This document shows, piece after piece, positions 10,709 to 19,694 of a stretch of 64,000 nucleotides of DNA. Source of the stretch: Bacilli bacterium (lineage in GTDB: Bacteria; Bacillota_I; Bacilli_A; RFN20; CAG-826). Each line of letters opens with the position of its first letter. Positions within the stretch are counted from its first letter, which is position 1. The notes under the pieces are model-generated. The model was given only the letters and a program-made list of their open reading frames with translations, was not told where the DNA came from and ran no database searches. The stretch spans positions 90,630 through 154,629 of the forward strand of contig JAKSVB010000002.1 of NCBI GenBank assembly GCA_024408335.1, in the 5' to 3' direction. The position numbers and the translations under genes are program-made.

Positions 10709-11566
10709 ATAATCTTTTACTGCGTCGAATTCTTTTAAACTCGTGGAGGCTCCGCTGATTAAGGCAGCCTTTTTATTTTTGCTTAGGTCGTAGTCCTTTA
10801 GTTCGTTAACGTCTAAGGCTCTAATGACCATTGCATTAGGGTATTTCTCTTTTGCGAGATTAAAAAGCTTGATTGTGTTGTTGCTCGTTTTAGAACCCAT
10901 GATGACATAAAGATCTATATCAGTAGGGGCATTAGATATAGCGTTTTGCCTCTTTTCTGTCGCATCGCACGCTTTAGCGGCAAGAACAGCTTTGGCAAAT
11001 TTCTCTTTTAAGAGATGAACTGTTTCTTCGATCTCGTCTAATCCCATGGTTGTCTGAGAAACAAGAAGAGGCTCATCGTCCTTGACTGATTCATAGTCAA
11101 AAGGCTTATTTGGCTCACAAAGAAGGATGGCGTTCTCATCGATTCCTAAGGCGCCCATCGCTTCGGCGTGTCCTTTTTGACCGATATAGATGACTTGTCC
11201 GCCTTCGAGCACTTTGTTTTTGATGAATAGTTCATTGGCTTTAACAAATGGGCAAGTCGCATCATATACTTTTAATTTTTTGGTTTTCGCGAGTTCATTT
11301 AGTTTTGGTGAGTGGCCATGGGCGCTAAAAACTACGACATCGCCTTCATTTAGTAATGTTATCCATTCTTCTAAAGAATGTTCTTTTTCATGGAGTATAT
11401 TAAAACCGTCAGCCTTCAAATCTGAGATGACGCATTCATTATGAACAAGCGTTCCAAGGATGTTTATCTGACTGTTTGGGTTCTCGTTTTTAGCTTTATA
11501 GGCAAGTTCGATAGCCTTATCGACGCCTCTACAAAAGCCATGTGGATTGATAACAATTACTTCCAT
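10694..11566 (-). CDS. ispH: 4-hydroxy-3-methylbut-2-enyl diphosphate reductase (MEP pathway)
   Basis: N-terminus MEVIVINPHGFCRGVDKAIE and the conserved Cys-containing segments of IspH/LytB. Confidence 0.9.
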   Translation of the reverse strand: MEVIVINPHGFCRGVDKAIELAYKAKNENPNSQINILGTLVHNECVISDLKADGFNILHEKEHSLEEWITLLNEGDVVVFSAHGHSPKLNELAKTKKLKVYDATCPFVKANELFIKNKVLEGGQVIYIGQKGHAEAMGALGIDENAILLCEPNKPFDYESVKDDEPLLVSQTTMGLDEIEETVHLLKEKFAKAVLAAKACDATEKRQNAISNAPTDIDLYVIMGSKTSNNTIKLFNLAKEKYPNAMVIRALDVNELKDYDLSKNKKAALISGASTSLKEFDAVKDYLESI

Positions 11567-11627
11567 AACTTCATTATCACGCAGAAATGGTATGAATAAA
11601 AGAAAAGTCCTCTATAATATAGAGGTT

Positions 11628-12983
11628 ATGAGTTTCAAATCTTTCAATTTATCAGATAACATGACCAACGCCTTAAGTAAGCTTGGATATCATGAACCTT
11701 CACCTGTCCAAAAGGCCGTCATTCCTAAGGCTTTAAGAGGAACATCTCTCTTAGCACAATCAGAGACAGGAAGCGGAAAGACCCATTCTTTCCTTATCCC
11801 TCTTATCGAGAAGATCGACATGAACCTTAATCGTCCACAGGCTCTTATCATCTCCCCAACTAGAGAACTTGCTAGACAAACATATGAATTTGCCTTTGCT
11901 TTTACTCGTTTCTTCCCAAAACTCAAAGTTCGTTTATACACCAGCGAAGCTGATGTTTCAGACAACCTTGAAGGAAAAAGCGTTCCTCCTCAATTAATAA
12001 TCGGCACACCTGGCCGTCTTGAAGACCTTCTTATCACCAAACATATCTTCTTCTTAGGAAATATGAAAAGAGTGGTCCTCGATGAGGCCGATATGCTTCT
12101 TGATATGGGGTTCTTCGATTCCATTGAGAAGATCTTCGCTAACTTAGATGAACCACAAACAATGGTTTTTAGCGCTACCCTCAAACAAAACCTCAAAGAC
12201 GAACTTCTCAAATTCGTAAGAAGCGACTTCGAATTTGAAAACGACAAAGTCATGACTTCATCCGGCGTCAAACACCACCTTGTCGATATCAAACACTCAG
12301 GTGAGAATCCTGCTATTCTTTCATTCTTGAACATCAGAAAACCATATCTATGTTTGATCTTCGCCTCAACAGTCGAAAAGGTTAACTCAATCAATAGATT
12401 CCTTAAAGAAAACGGAGTCCAAACCATTTACTTCACAGGATCTCTTGATGACCGTTCAAGAAAGAAAGCCCTTAGAGAAATCAAGAGCAACAAATATAGC
12501 GTTATCGTAGGAAGCGACATCCTTGCTAGAGGTATTGATATCCCTGATATCACAGATGTCATTTCAATCGATTTACCAAACGATCTCGAATTCTATCATC
12601 ATAGAGCAGGCCGTACTGGAAGATTCGGAAAATCCGGTGATTCCTGGGTTTTCTACAACGCTGACAGCGTTGCAGGACCTCTTGCCCTCCAAAAAGAAGG
12701 TGTTAAGTTTGACTATTTCTCTCTTAGAGGAGATGAACTTAAACCTGAAACTCTTGGACCAACTGAAAAGAGAAAGTTAACTCATAAGAAAGAACTTCCT
12801 GAGAATGAGATGAAAGACATCAAAATCGCAAAGGCTCTTTCTAGAACCAAAGGCGTTGAACCAGGCTATAAGAAGAAAAAGAAACTTGCGATTGAGAAAG
12901 TCAAAAGAAAATACCGCCGTAAGGCAATCAGGGAAAGCGTTAGAAAACAATTAAATAAGAGCTTTAAGGGAGACGAAGATTAA
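11628..12983 (+). CDS. cshB: DEAD-box ATP-dependent RNA helicase (CshB-like)
   Basis: Q-motif F...PSPVQ, AQSETGSGKT, PTRELA, DEAD, SAT and HRAGRTGR motifs. Start is uncertain between TTG 11547, ATG 11592 and ATG 11628. The 11628 start places the Q-motif at the N-terminus as in CshB. Confidence 0.8.
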   Translation: MSFKSFNLSDNMTNALSKLGYHEPSPVQKAVIPKALRGTSLLAQSETGSGKTHSFLIPLIEKIDMNLNRPQALIISPTRELARQTYEFAFAFTRFFPKLKVRLYTSEADVSDNLEGKSVPPQLIIGTPGRLEDLLITKHIFFLGNMKRVVLDEADMLLDMGFFDSIEKIFANLDEPQTMVFSATLKQNLKDELLKFVRSDFEFENDKVMTSSGVKHHLVDIKHSGENPAILSFLNIRKPYLCLIFASTVEKVNSINRFLKENGVQTIYFTGSLDDRSRKKALREIKSNKYSVIVGSDILARGIDIPDITDVISIDLPNDLEFYHHRAGRTGRFGKSGDSWVFYNADSVAGPLALQKEGVKFDYFSLRGDELKPETLGPTEKRKLTHKKELPENEMKDIKIAKALSRTKGVEPGYKKKKKLAIEKVKRKYRRKAIRESVRKQLNKSFKGDED

Positions 12984-14029
12984 TCTCTGTTGATCTCTTG
13001 GATGAGGGCGTCAAACGCGTCCTCATCTTTTACTTTTGTTACGACCTCGCCTTTACGGAAGATGACCCATTCGCCATTTCCTCCGGCAATGCCAATATCA
13101 GCGTGTCTTGCTTCGCCTGGACCATTGACGATGCAGCCCATAACAGCGACTGTTTTATAGATTTTATGTTCCTCAAGGTAAGACATTACCTTTTTAGCAA
13201 GTGGAATGAGGTTAACTGCGGTTCTGCCGCATGTTGGACAAGAAATGAAAGTAGGCCAATTCTTGTTTAAGCCTAAATCATGGAGCAAGCGTGATGCTGC
13301 TTTGATTTCTTCTTCTGGATCTTCTGTAAGTGAGATTCTAATCGTGTCGCCAATTCCTTCTAAAAGAAGAGGAGCAAGTCCTGCTGCGCTTCTAATTAAT
13401 GAAATCTCCATTGGACCGGCTTCCGTGATGCCTAAATGAAGTGGGTAAGGGAATCTTTCGGAGGCTAAACGGTATGCGGCAAGAGTCTCTTGGACATCGC
13501 TTCCTTTTAAAGATATGACAATGTCATGGAAGTCATGTTTTTCAAGAATCTCAACGTGCTTTTTGGCGCTTTCATAGAGCCATTCGCCTTTGATTTTCTC
13601 TTTTCCGAAGTAGATTGATTTATCTAATGAGCCACCATTAACGCCGATTCTAATAGGGGCGTGGCAGGCTTTTGCTTTCTCGACGACTTCTTTGATGTGC
13701 TCTTCGCTTCCGATGTTGCCTGGGTTGATTCTAATTGCATCAACGCCTGCATCTAAAGCAGCAAGAGCGAGTCTGTAATCAATATGAATATCCGCAACAA
13801 GAGGAATGGAGACTCTTTTTTTGATCTCCCTAAATGCTTCTGCGTCTTCAAAATCGAGAACGCTGCATCTCATAAGCTCTGCGCCTAAAGCAGCGCATCT
13901 ATTGATTTGAGCGCTTACTTCCTCGACTTTCGAGGTTTTGATGTTACACATCGATTGGATAACGATGTGATCGCTAGAACCCATAGATAATGGGCCGATT
14001 TGCACTTTTCTTGTTTGATTGCGTTTCAT
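12980..14029 (-). CDS. ispG: 4-hydroxy-3-methylbut-2-en-1-yl diphosphate synthase (flavodoxin), MEP pathway
   Basis: TIM-barrel N-domain and a C-terminal [4Fe-4S] motif ISCPTCGRT...GCIVNGPGE typical of GcpE/IspG. Confidence 0.9.
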   Translation of the reverse strand: MKRNQTRKVQIGPLSMGSSDHIVIQSMCNIKTSKVEEVSAQINRCAALGAELMRCSVLDFEDAEAFREIKKRVSIPLVADIHIDYRLALAALDAGVDAIRINPGNIGSEEHIKEVVEKAKACHAPIRIGVNGGSLDKSIYFGKEKIKGEWLYESAKKHVEILEKHDFHDIVISLKGSDVQETLAAYRLASERFPYPLHLGITEAGPMEISLIRSAAGLAPLLLEGIGDTIRISLTEDPEEEIKAASRLLHDLGLNKNWPTFISCPTCGRTAVNLIPLAKKVMSYLEEHKIYKTVAVMGCIVNGPGEARHADIGIAGGNGEWVIFRKGEVVTKVKDEDAFDALIQEINRD

Positions 14030-14128
14030 ATATGAAACATTTTAATAAAATTGATGTATTTATTGTAGATAAATTTGTTTACCTATGGTATTCTTCTTGT
14101 CGCACAAGAAAGTGAGGAAGAACTATTT

Positions 14129-14290
14129 ATGGCTAACAGCAAACGTGACCAAGTCATTCTCGCCTGCAGCGAATGTAAAGAACACAACTACATTACAACC
14201 CGCAATAAGAAACTTCATCCAACCAAAATGGAAATCAAAAAATATTGCAGACGCTGCAATAAGATGACTCTCCATAAGGAATGCAAATAA
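14129..14290 (+). CDS. rpmG: 50S ribosomal protein L33
   Basis: [28 protein letters not shown]...CRRCNK has the bL33 zinc-ribbon signature. A GAGGAAG RBS precedes it and a terminator follows. The track ORF starts earlier at 14075. Confidence 0.85.
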   Translation: MANSKRDQVILACSECKEHNYITTRNKKLHPTKMEIKKYCRRCNKMTLHKECK

Positions 14291-14291
14291 T

Positions 14292-14313
14292 AAGGCTACG
14301 GCCTTATTTTTTT
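14292..14313 (+). terminator. rho-independent terminator after rpmG
   Basis: AAGGCTACGGCCTT hairpin plus a T8 run. Confidence 0.7.
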
Positions 14314-14347
14314 ATTCTTTGCCTAGTTTATCTAGAAAGAGAAGATT

Positions 14348-14995
14348 ATGAAAATCGCAAAATTTCAACCTGGTGATGATAAGACCTGCAATGTCTATAT
14401 TATCGGAGAAGAAGGAAAGCCATGCATCGTCGTGGATCCTGGAAGCAACGATAAGGATTTCATTGATAGATATGTCGACAAACATCACGCAGGAGAGATT
14501 CTTGGAATCCTCTTAACCCATGGTCACTATGACCACATCAGAGGGCTTGTTACCCTCAAACACAAATGCACCGTATTCCTTCATGAGGATGAAGCCGAGC
14601 ATTTGGTTGAGCCAGCATATAATGGCAGTGGGTGGCACGAAGAGATGGATGATATTGTCTTAGACAATATAAACACCTATCTTCTTAGCGATGAGGATGA
14701 GATAACTCTTGGAGAATACACATTCAAGATCATCCATACGCCATTCCACACTAGAGGCAGCTCTTGCTACTACGTCGAGAGCGAAAAAGTCCTTTTCTCA
14801 GGAGACACATTGTTCCATTTGGCCGTTGGGAGAACTGATCTTCCTACAGGTTCAAGTAGAAGCATGATGGCTTCTTTATCAAAGCTTGCAGCCCTCCCAG
14901 GAGACGTAAAAGTCTATCCAGGACACGCTGAAAGCACAACAATAGCTAACGAGTTGGCATTCAATCCATACCTTTCTGAGGTTAAATGTAGATAG
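14348..14995 (+). CDS. MBL-fold metallo-hydrolase (YqgX-like)
   Basis: HxHxDH motif LLTHGHYDHIRG with downstream His/Asp ligands, about 215 aa. Confidence 0.8.
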   Translation: MKIAKFQPGDDKTCNVYIIGEEGKPCIVVDPGSNDKDFIDRYVDKHHAGEILGILLTHGHYDHIRGLVTLKHKCTVFLHEDEAEHLVEPAYNGSGWHEEMDDIVLDNINTYLLSDEDEITLGEYTFKIIHTPFHTRGSSCYYVESEKVLFSGDTLFHLAVGRTDLPTGSSRSMMASLSKLAALPGDVKVYPGHAESTTIANELAFNPYLSEVKCR

Positions 14996-15046
14996 TCAAC
15001 TTAATTTGGTATAAAATACCAATTAGATTTTCAAAGGAGAATTAAA

Positions 15047-15604
15047 ATGAACGTTACAGAATTACGCCCTGGCAACTATTTCGAAGATGAAAATACCCTT
15101 TATCAAGTCATCGACATCCTTCTTAACAAAACCGCAATGAGAAAGATGGTTGCAAAGGTCAAAGTTAAAAATGTCCGTAGTGGTGCAATCACCGAACTCG
15201 CACGTAACTCAGGTTACGATGTTACCCTTGTCAGCGTTGGCAAGAGACAAATGCAATATCTTTACGATGGTGGAACAACACTTGTCTTCATGGATCCAGA
15301 AACCTATGAACAAGTCGAAATCTCAAAAACAACTCTCGAAAGAGAAATGAATTTCTTAGCTCCAAACGGAACTGTTACCATCAACTTCTATGATGAAGAA
15401 ATCCTTGGCGTCGAACTTCCAGCAAAAGTCGCTCTCGAAGTCATCGAATGCGAACCAGGCGTCCGTGGTGACACAGTTACAAACGCAGGTTCAAAAGAAG
15501 CAACTCTTGAAACTGGTTTAAAGATCAGAATCCCACTCTTCATCGAACAAGGTGAAAAGGTTATCGTTGATACTGCAAGCGGAAAATACGACAAGAGAGG
15601 CTAA
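15047..15604 (+). CDS. efp: translation elongation factor P
   Basis: Alignable end to end with EF-P (185 aa, KOW-OB-OB). The loop carrying the normally modified residue reads NKTAMRKM instead of the canonical KPGKG. Confidence 0.85.
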   Translation: MNVTELRPGNYFEDENTLYQVIDILLNKTAMRKMVAKVKVKNVRSGAITELARNSGYDVTLVSVGKRQMQYLYDGGTTLVFMDPETYEQVEISKTTLEREMNFLAPNGTVTINFYDEEILGVELPAKVALEVIECEPGVRGDTVTNAGSKEATLETGLKIRIPLFIEQGEKVIVDTASGKYDKRG

Positions 15605-15609
15605 TTAAG

Positions 15610-15834
15610 ATGGTTAGCATGCCAATTGTTGGCTTCATCTTTACATTATTAGGTCTCGCACTCGCCGGTGCTGTTGGCGGCTTCTTCCTTGCTAGATACC
15701 TCATTCAAAAGGAACTCAAGAAGAACCCACCTATTAACGAAAAGCAAATTCGTGCTATGTACGAACAAATGGGCCGTAAGCCTAGCGAAAAGCAAATTCG
15801 TGCAATCATGAATTCTGTCAAAAACAACAAATAA
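15610..15834 (+). CDS. yneF: UPF0154 family small membrane protein (YneF-like)
   Basis: One N-terminal TM helix followed by KKNPPINEKQIRAMYEQMGRKPSEKQIRAIM, matching the YneF/UPF0154 pattern. Neighbours plsY (yneS) as in Bacillus. Confidence 0.75.
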   Translation: MVSMPIVGFIFTLLGLALAGAVGGFFLARYLIQKELKKNPPINEKQIRAMYEQMGRKPSEKQIRAIMNSVKNNK

Positions 15835-15851
15835 GTAAGTTGAAGAACTTA

Positions 15852-15877
15852 AGCCGAAAGAAATTTCGGCTTTTTTT
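15852..15877 (+). terminator. rho-independent terminator after yneF
   Basis: AGCCGAAAGAAATTTCGGCT hairpin plus a T7 run. Confidence 0.75.
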
Positions 15878-15899
15878 AATGTTTTTCGAAAAATTTTGA

Positions 15900-16275
15900 A
15901 TTTGGGCAGTATATGAATGTGAGGACGGTTAAGAACACACTTAGCTAAGTATCTCTAAAAGCTTTATTGTCGTCTTCGTGGCGGGCATCCTTCCCTAATA
16001 GCAATATTAATTAGTCTAAAAGACGGTGGCAAAGCGGATAGAGGTAGTGTTAGTAATCGAACTCAGGCTGACTCCCTTATATATAATAAGGATATAGAGT
16101 CGGTTAAGGCTGCCTAGCTAGCGGCTATAAAAGTCGGCGTCACAGGTTGAGTGCCGTCTCCCTATAAAAAGCCTTTTCCTTCTTCTTTGTGCTTGCTACC
16201 TTTATTTCATTGGAGAAAGTACTCCCTTTTAGCGGCAAAGAAGAGGGAAGAGGTGGAGGGTTCTCAAATTTCCAT
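15900..16275. ncRNA. candidate structured non-coding RNA or long structured leader (class unrecognised)
   Basis: About 390 nt with no ORF of at least 60 aa in any frame. It is visibly GC-richer than flanking intergenic DNA. It contains several hairpins, including a 12-bp stem CCTTCTTCTTTG / CAAAGAAGAGGG at 16179-16238, CGGCG...TGCCG, and CTTATATATAATAAG. Confidence 0.35.
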
Positions 16276-16289
16276 CTATAATAGGACAC

Positions 16290-16748
16290 ATGAAATATAA
16301 TCCTCTTAGATCATCTAACTCATATTACTTCTATCTCATGAGCGCTCTCTACGTCGCTGGGACGGTTGTGCTGTTCCTTTTTAAGGTTCTTGAGAACACT
16401 CCAGCCGTTTGGTTTTACTTCATCTTGTCAAGCGTTGGAGAACTCTATTTTTTGATTACTACAATCATTGAGATTAGAGATTATTTGAAAGGCAAAAAGC
16501 TTGTCATAACAGACAAAGAAATCACCTTCTATTTAGAAGAGGAAAAGAAAACAAAAACCATCAGCGTGGATGATCTTCTTGAATTCAAATACGATAAAAA
16601 AGGAAAGATATCATTCGTATATAAGAAGCATGGAAGAGCCTCATTTGAGTTCCTTGGACACGTCTATAACAAGAAGGAATGCGCTTTATTTGATTCGATA
16701 ATAGAGAAGGTTAGAAACACGGAGGCAGGGGTAAATCTCCGTAAGTAA
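16290..16748 (+). CDS. hypothetical membrane protein, two N-terminal TM helices plus PH-like (bPH/YdbT-like) C-terminal domain
   Basis: Two hydrophobic helices followed by a lysine-rich beta-rich domain (KKLVITDKEITFY...). No SD is visible. TATAAT lies 7 nt upstream of the ATG, so the mRNA may be leaderless. Confidence 0.5.
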   Translation: MKYNPLRSSNSYYFYLMSALYVAGTVVLFLFKVLENTPAVWFYFILSSVGELYFLITTIIEIRDYLKGKKLVITDKEITFYLEEEKKTKTISVDDLLEFKYDKKGKISFVYKKHGRASFEFLGHVYNKKECALFDSIIEKVRNTEAGVNLRK

Positions 16749-16789
16749 TAGGCCTCTAATAACATTAGTTTCTTTGAAGAAATAGTTAA

Positions 16790-16813
16790 GAAGCAGATTT
16801 TCTGCTTCTTTTT
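16790..16813 (+). terminator. rho-independent terminator
   Basis: GAAGCAGATTTTCTGCTTC plus T-run. Confidence 0.75.
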
Positions 16814-16871
16814 ATCTATATTAACTATTGTCCAGTGAGAAAGTGTAGGTGCCATCGAAAGAATACAGGAA

Positions 16872-16893
16872 AAGGCGCCATTCCTGACGCCTT
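16872..16893 (-). terminator. terminator downstream of plsY (AAGGCGTCAGGAATGGCGCCTT on - strand)
   Basis: Inverted repeat AAGGCG/CGCCTT with a weak T-rich tail on the - strand. Confidence 0.5.
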
Positions 16894-16923
16894 ATAGATA
16901 TTTACTTAAAAACTACTAATTAA

Positions 16924-17643
16924 TTACTTCCATTCTAAAGGTTTCTCTTCACCTTTTCTAATTCTTTGGATATTAGCTGAGTGACGAATAACGAGAAGGA
17001 CATAAGCGGAAACCATGGCGATCATCATCTCCCATCCGAAGTAGACACCGCCGCCTGCTCCGAAGTTCCACATAAGAGGATCGAAGAGTTTGTAGTTGCC
17101 TGTTGCCATTGTTATTGTTGCGAACACTCCAGCAATCAAAACAAGAATCGCACCAGAAAGGATTGAAGCCTTTGACATGACTTTCTTTAAGCCGAAGAAA
17201 CTAACGAAGAAGACGACGAGTGAAATGGCAAAACCAGCCCAGCTTGAACCACCGAAAATCGCCATGAAGCAAGCGACTGCCTTTCCACCTTTGAAGTGAA
17301 GCCAAGGTGAGAAGCAGTGGCCGAAGCATGCAGCAGCTTGTGCGAAATATGCATAAAGGACGCCGCCATCAAATAACTTAGCAGGTCCGATTGCGAATCT
17401 TAAGATAGCCCAGACGCTCCAGAAAGCGACAACGTTTTTGGCAATGTCGAGGACCATGACAAGGATTCCGACTTTCTTTCCTAAGACACGACCAGTGTTA
17501 GTTCCGCCTGAATTGTGGGAGCCAAATTCTCTTGGGTCTTTTCCAAAGAAGACTTTTCCAACGACGACGCCTGTTGGGATGCTTCCTAATAAGAAGCCAT
17601 AAACAACGCATCCGATTGCGACAATGATATTTAGTAGTAACAT
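16924..17643 (-). CDS. plsY: glycerol-3-phosphate acyltransferase PlsY
   Basis: N-terminal LLGSIPTG...HNSGGTNTGRVLG acyl-phosphate transferase motifs. About 30 aa longer at the C-terminus than typical PlsY. Confidence 0.85.
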   Translation of the reverse strand: MLLLNIIVAIGCVVYGFLLGSIPTGVVVGKVFFGKDPREFGSHNSGGTNTGRVLGKKVGILVMVLDIAKNVVAFWSVWAILRFAIGPAKLFDGGVLYAYFAQAAACFGHCFSPWLHFKGGKAVACFMAIFGGSSWAGFAISLVVFFVSFFGLKKVMSKASILSGAILVLIAGVFATITMATGNYKLFDPLMWNFGAGGGVYFGWEMMIAMVSAYVLLVIRHSANIQRIRKGEEKPLEWK

Positions 17644-17760
17644 TTTTTACCTCGCCCTAAGCAGACTATTATTAATAATAGGGTCTACTTTTCGTTCTGT
17701 TTCTTTGCTATAATAACTAAAAATTGAGAAATACTCAATATTTGAGGCATTTGAATACAG

Positions 17761-19692
17761 ATGGACGAGATGAATTATACTGCGAAAGACATAGAGGTTT
17801 TATCAGAACTCGAAGGCGTTAGAAAGCGCCCTGGCATGTATATCGGCAGTACCAACCTTAATGGTCTTCACCACTTAGTTTGGGAAATTGTTGATAACGC
17901 TGTGGACGAAGCCGTCAACGGTCATGGTAAAAAGATTACCGTCACCATGATGTCCGATGGATCGATTACCGTCGAAGACGAAGGACGTGGTGTCCCTGTT
18001 GACGTTCATGAAAAAACCGGAATACCAGCTATTCAGTTAATTTACACAACCCTTCATAGCGGTGGTAAATTCAATAGCAAAAACTACAAGACCAGCGCTG
18101 GTTTACACGGCGTCGGCGCTACAGTTACAAACGCTTTAAGCGAAGCTTTGGACGTAACTGTTTTTAGAGATGGAAAAATCCACGAAATCAAATTCGCTAA
18201 CGGCGGACAACTCGTCAGTCCTTTAACCGTTATCGGAACAACCAACAAACATGGCACAAAAGTCCATTTCAAACCAGATCCAACAATCTTCCCTAACACT
18301 AAATTCAGCTGGGATACCATTTATCATCGCTTAGAAGAGAAATCATTCCTTTTAACTGGTGTTCATTTCATTCTTAAAGACCAAGCCTCTGGCAATTCAC
18401 ATGAATTCGTCACCGAACACGGCTTAAGAGAATACGTCGAATCACTCACTGCTGAGAAGACACCTTTGGCAGACACCATTGACTTTATTGATGAAGTCAG
18501 CTCAATCAAAATCGAAGTCGCTATGAAATGGTGCGTCGGTGATTATGGCGAAAACGTCTATAGCTATGCTAACGACGTCCGTACTGCTGATGGCGGTACC
18601 CATGAAACGGGATTTAAGACATCATTAACCAAGATTCTTAACGACTGGGCATCAAATAACGAACTCCTTAAAGGCAACCAATCAATCGATGGTGCGGATA
18701 TTCGTGAAGGCTTAACCGCCGTTCTTTCTGTTCAAGTCCCTGAGAACAAACTCGAATACGAAGGACAAACAAAAGGAAAACTCGGAACCCCAGAAGCTAC
18801 AGCAGCAGTTGCTACAGCAATGGCAGGCTTCCTCCCATATTACTTAACCGAACACAAAGAGTTTGCAGTCGCCTTGATCAAGAAGTGCGCTCAAGCAAAA
18901 GAGGTTCGTGAAGCAGCTAGAAAAGCCCGCGAACAAGCTAGAGGCGCTAAGAAAAAAGTCCAAGACGTCATGATTAGCGATAAACTCGCAAGCGCCCAAA
19001 GCAAGGATTACAAGAATAACGAGCTCTTTATCGTTGAGGGTGATTCTGCAGGCGGCAGCGCAAAATCAGGACGTGATAGACTCCATCAAGCTATCCTCCC
19101 ATTACGTGGTAAACCTTTAAATACCCATAACGTTTCTAACCAAGCCATCATTGATAACCTCGAATTCTCAACGCTTATCCAAACAATCGGCGCTGGATTT
19201 GGTGACGACTTCCATCCTGAACAAAGCAGATATGGAAAAATCATCATCATGACAGATGCTGACACCGATGGCGCTCATATTCAGACTCTTCTCTTAACGT
19301 TCTTCTATAACTACATGAAGCCGTTAATCGATTTAGGCATGGTTTACATCGCTCAACCACCTCTCTATAGAGTTTTCAAAAAGAGCGATCCTTCAAAACA
19401 CATTTACTGCTGGAGCGACGAGGATCTCGAAAAAGCAAAAGCCAAGATCGGTGCCGGTTATGGCGTTAACCGTTACAAAGGTCTTGGTGAAATGAACGCA
19501 GACCAACTCGCTATGACCACAATGAACAAGAAAACCCGTGTTCTCTGTCAGGTCAAAATAGAAGATCCACTTTTAGCAGAAAAGCGCATCAATACCTTAA
19601 TGGGTAAAGACGCTGGCCCACGTTGGAATTGGATTCAAGAGAATGTCACCTTCAACGAGGTTGACGAATTCATTAAGGAAGTGAAGAAGTAA
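17761..19692 (+). CDS. parE: type IIA topoisomerase ATPase subunit; assigned as topoisomerase IV subunit B (GyrB not excluded)
   Basis: GHKL ATPase N-terminus ([17 protein letters not shown]), TOPRIM EGDSAGG, and PLRGK. Divergent from plsY, as yneS-parE-parC in Bacillus. Confidence 0.7.
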   Translation: MDEMNYTAKDIEVLSELEGVRKRPGMYIGSTNLNGLHHLVWEIVDNAVDEAVNGHGKKITVTMMSDGSITVEDEGRGVPVDVHEKTGIPAIQLIYTTLHSGGKFNSKNYKTSAGLHGVGATVTNALSEALDVTVFRDGKIHEIKFANGGQLVSPLTVIGTTNKHGTKVHFKPDPTIFPNTKFSWDTIYHRLEEKSFLLTGVHFILKDQASGNSHEFVTEHGLREYVESLTAEKTPLADTIDFIDEVSSIKIEVAMKWCVGDYGENVYSYANDVRTADGGTHETGFKTSLTKILNDWASNNELLKGNQSIDGADIREGLTAVLSVQVPENKLEYEGQTKGKLGTPEATAAVATAMAGFLPYYLTEHKEFAVALIKKCAQAKEVREAARKAREQARGAKKKVQDVMISDKLASAQSKDYKNNELFIVEGDSAGGSAKSGRDRLHQAILPLRGKPLNTHNVSNQAIIDNLEFSTLIQTIGAGFGDDFHPEQSRYGKIIIMTDADTDGAHIQTLLLTFFYNYMKPLIDLGMVYIAQPPLYRVFKKSDPSKHIYCWSDEDLEKAKAKIGAGYGVNRYKGLGEMNADQLAMTTMNKKTRVLCQVKIEDPLLAEKRINTLMGKDAGPRWNWIQENVTFNEVDEFIKEVKK

Positions 19693-19694
19693 CG

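Noticed and set aside
15900-16275. tmRNA, RNase P RNA (type B), SRP RNA or T-box as identity of the structured region
   Set aside because: No GGGG...TTCGAC 5' end, tRNA-like CTCCACCA 3' end, or plausible tag ORF (the candidate ends ...VKAA with no resume context). No GAGGAAAGUCC P4 sequence on either strand (only AAAAGTCGG). No SRP domain IV GUCAGGUCCGGAAGGAAGCAGC. No AATTAGGGTGGTACCGCG. The class is left open.
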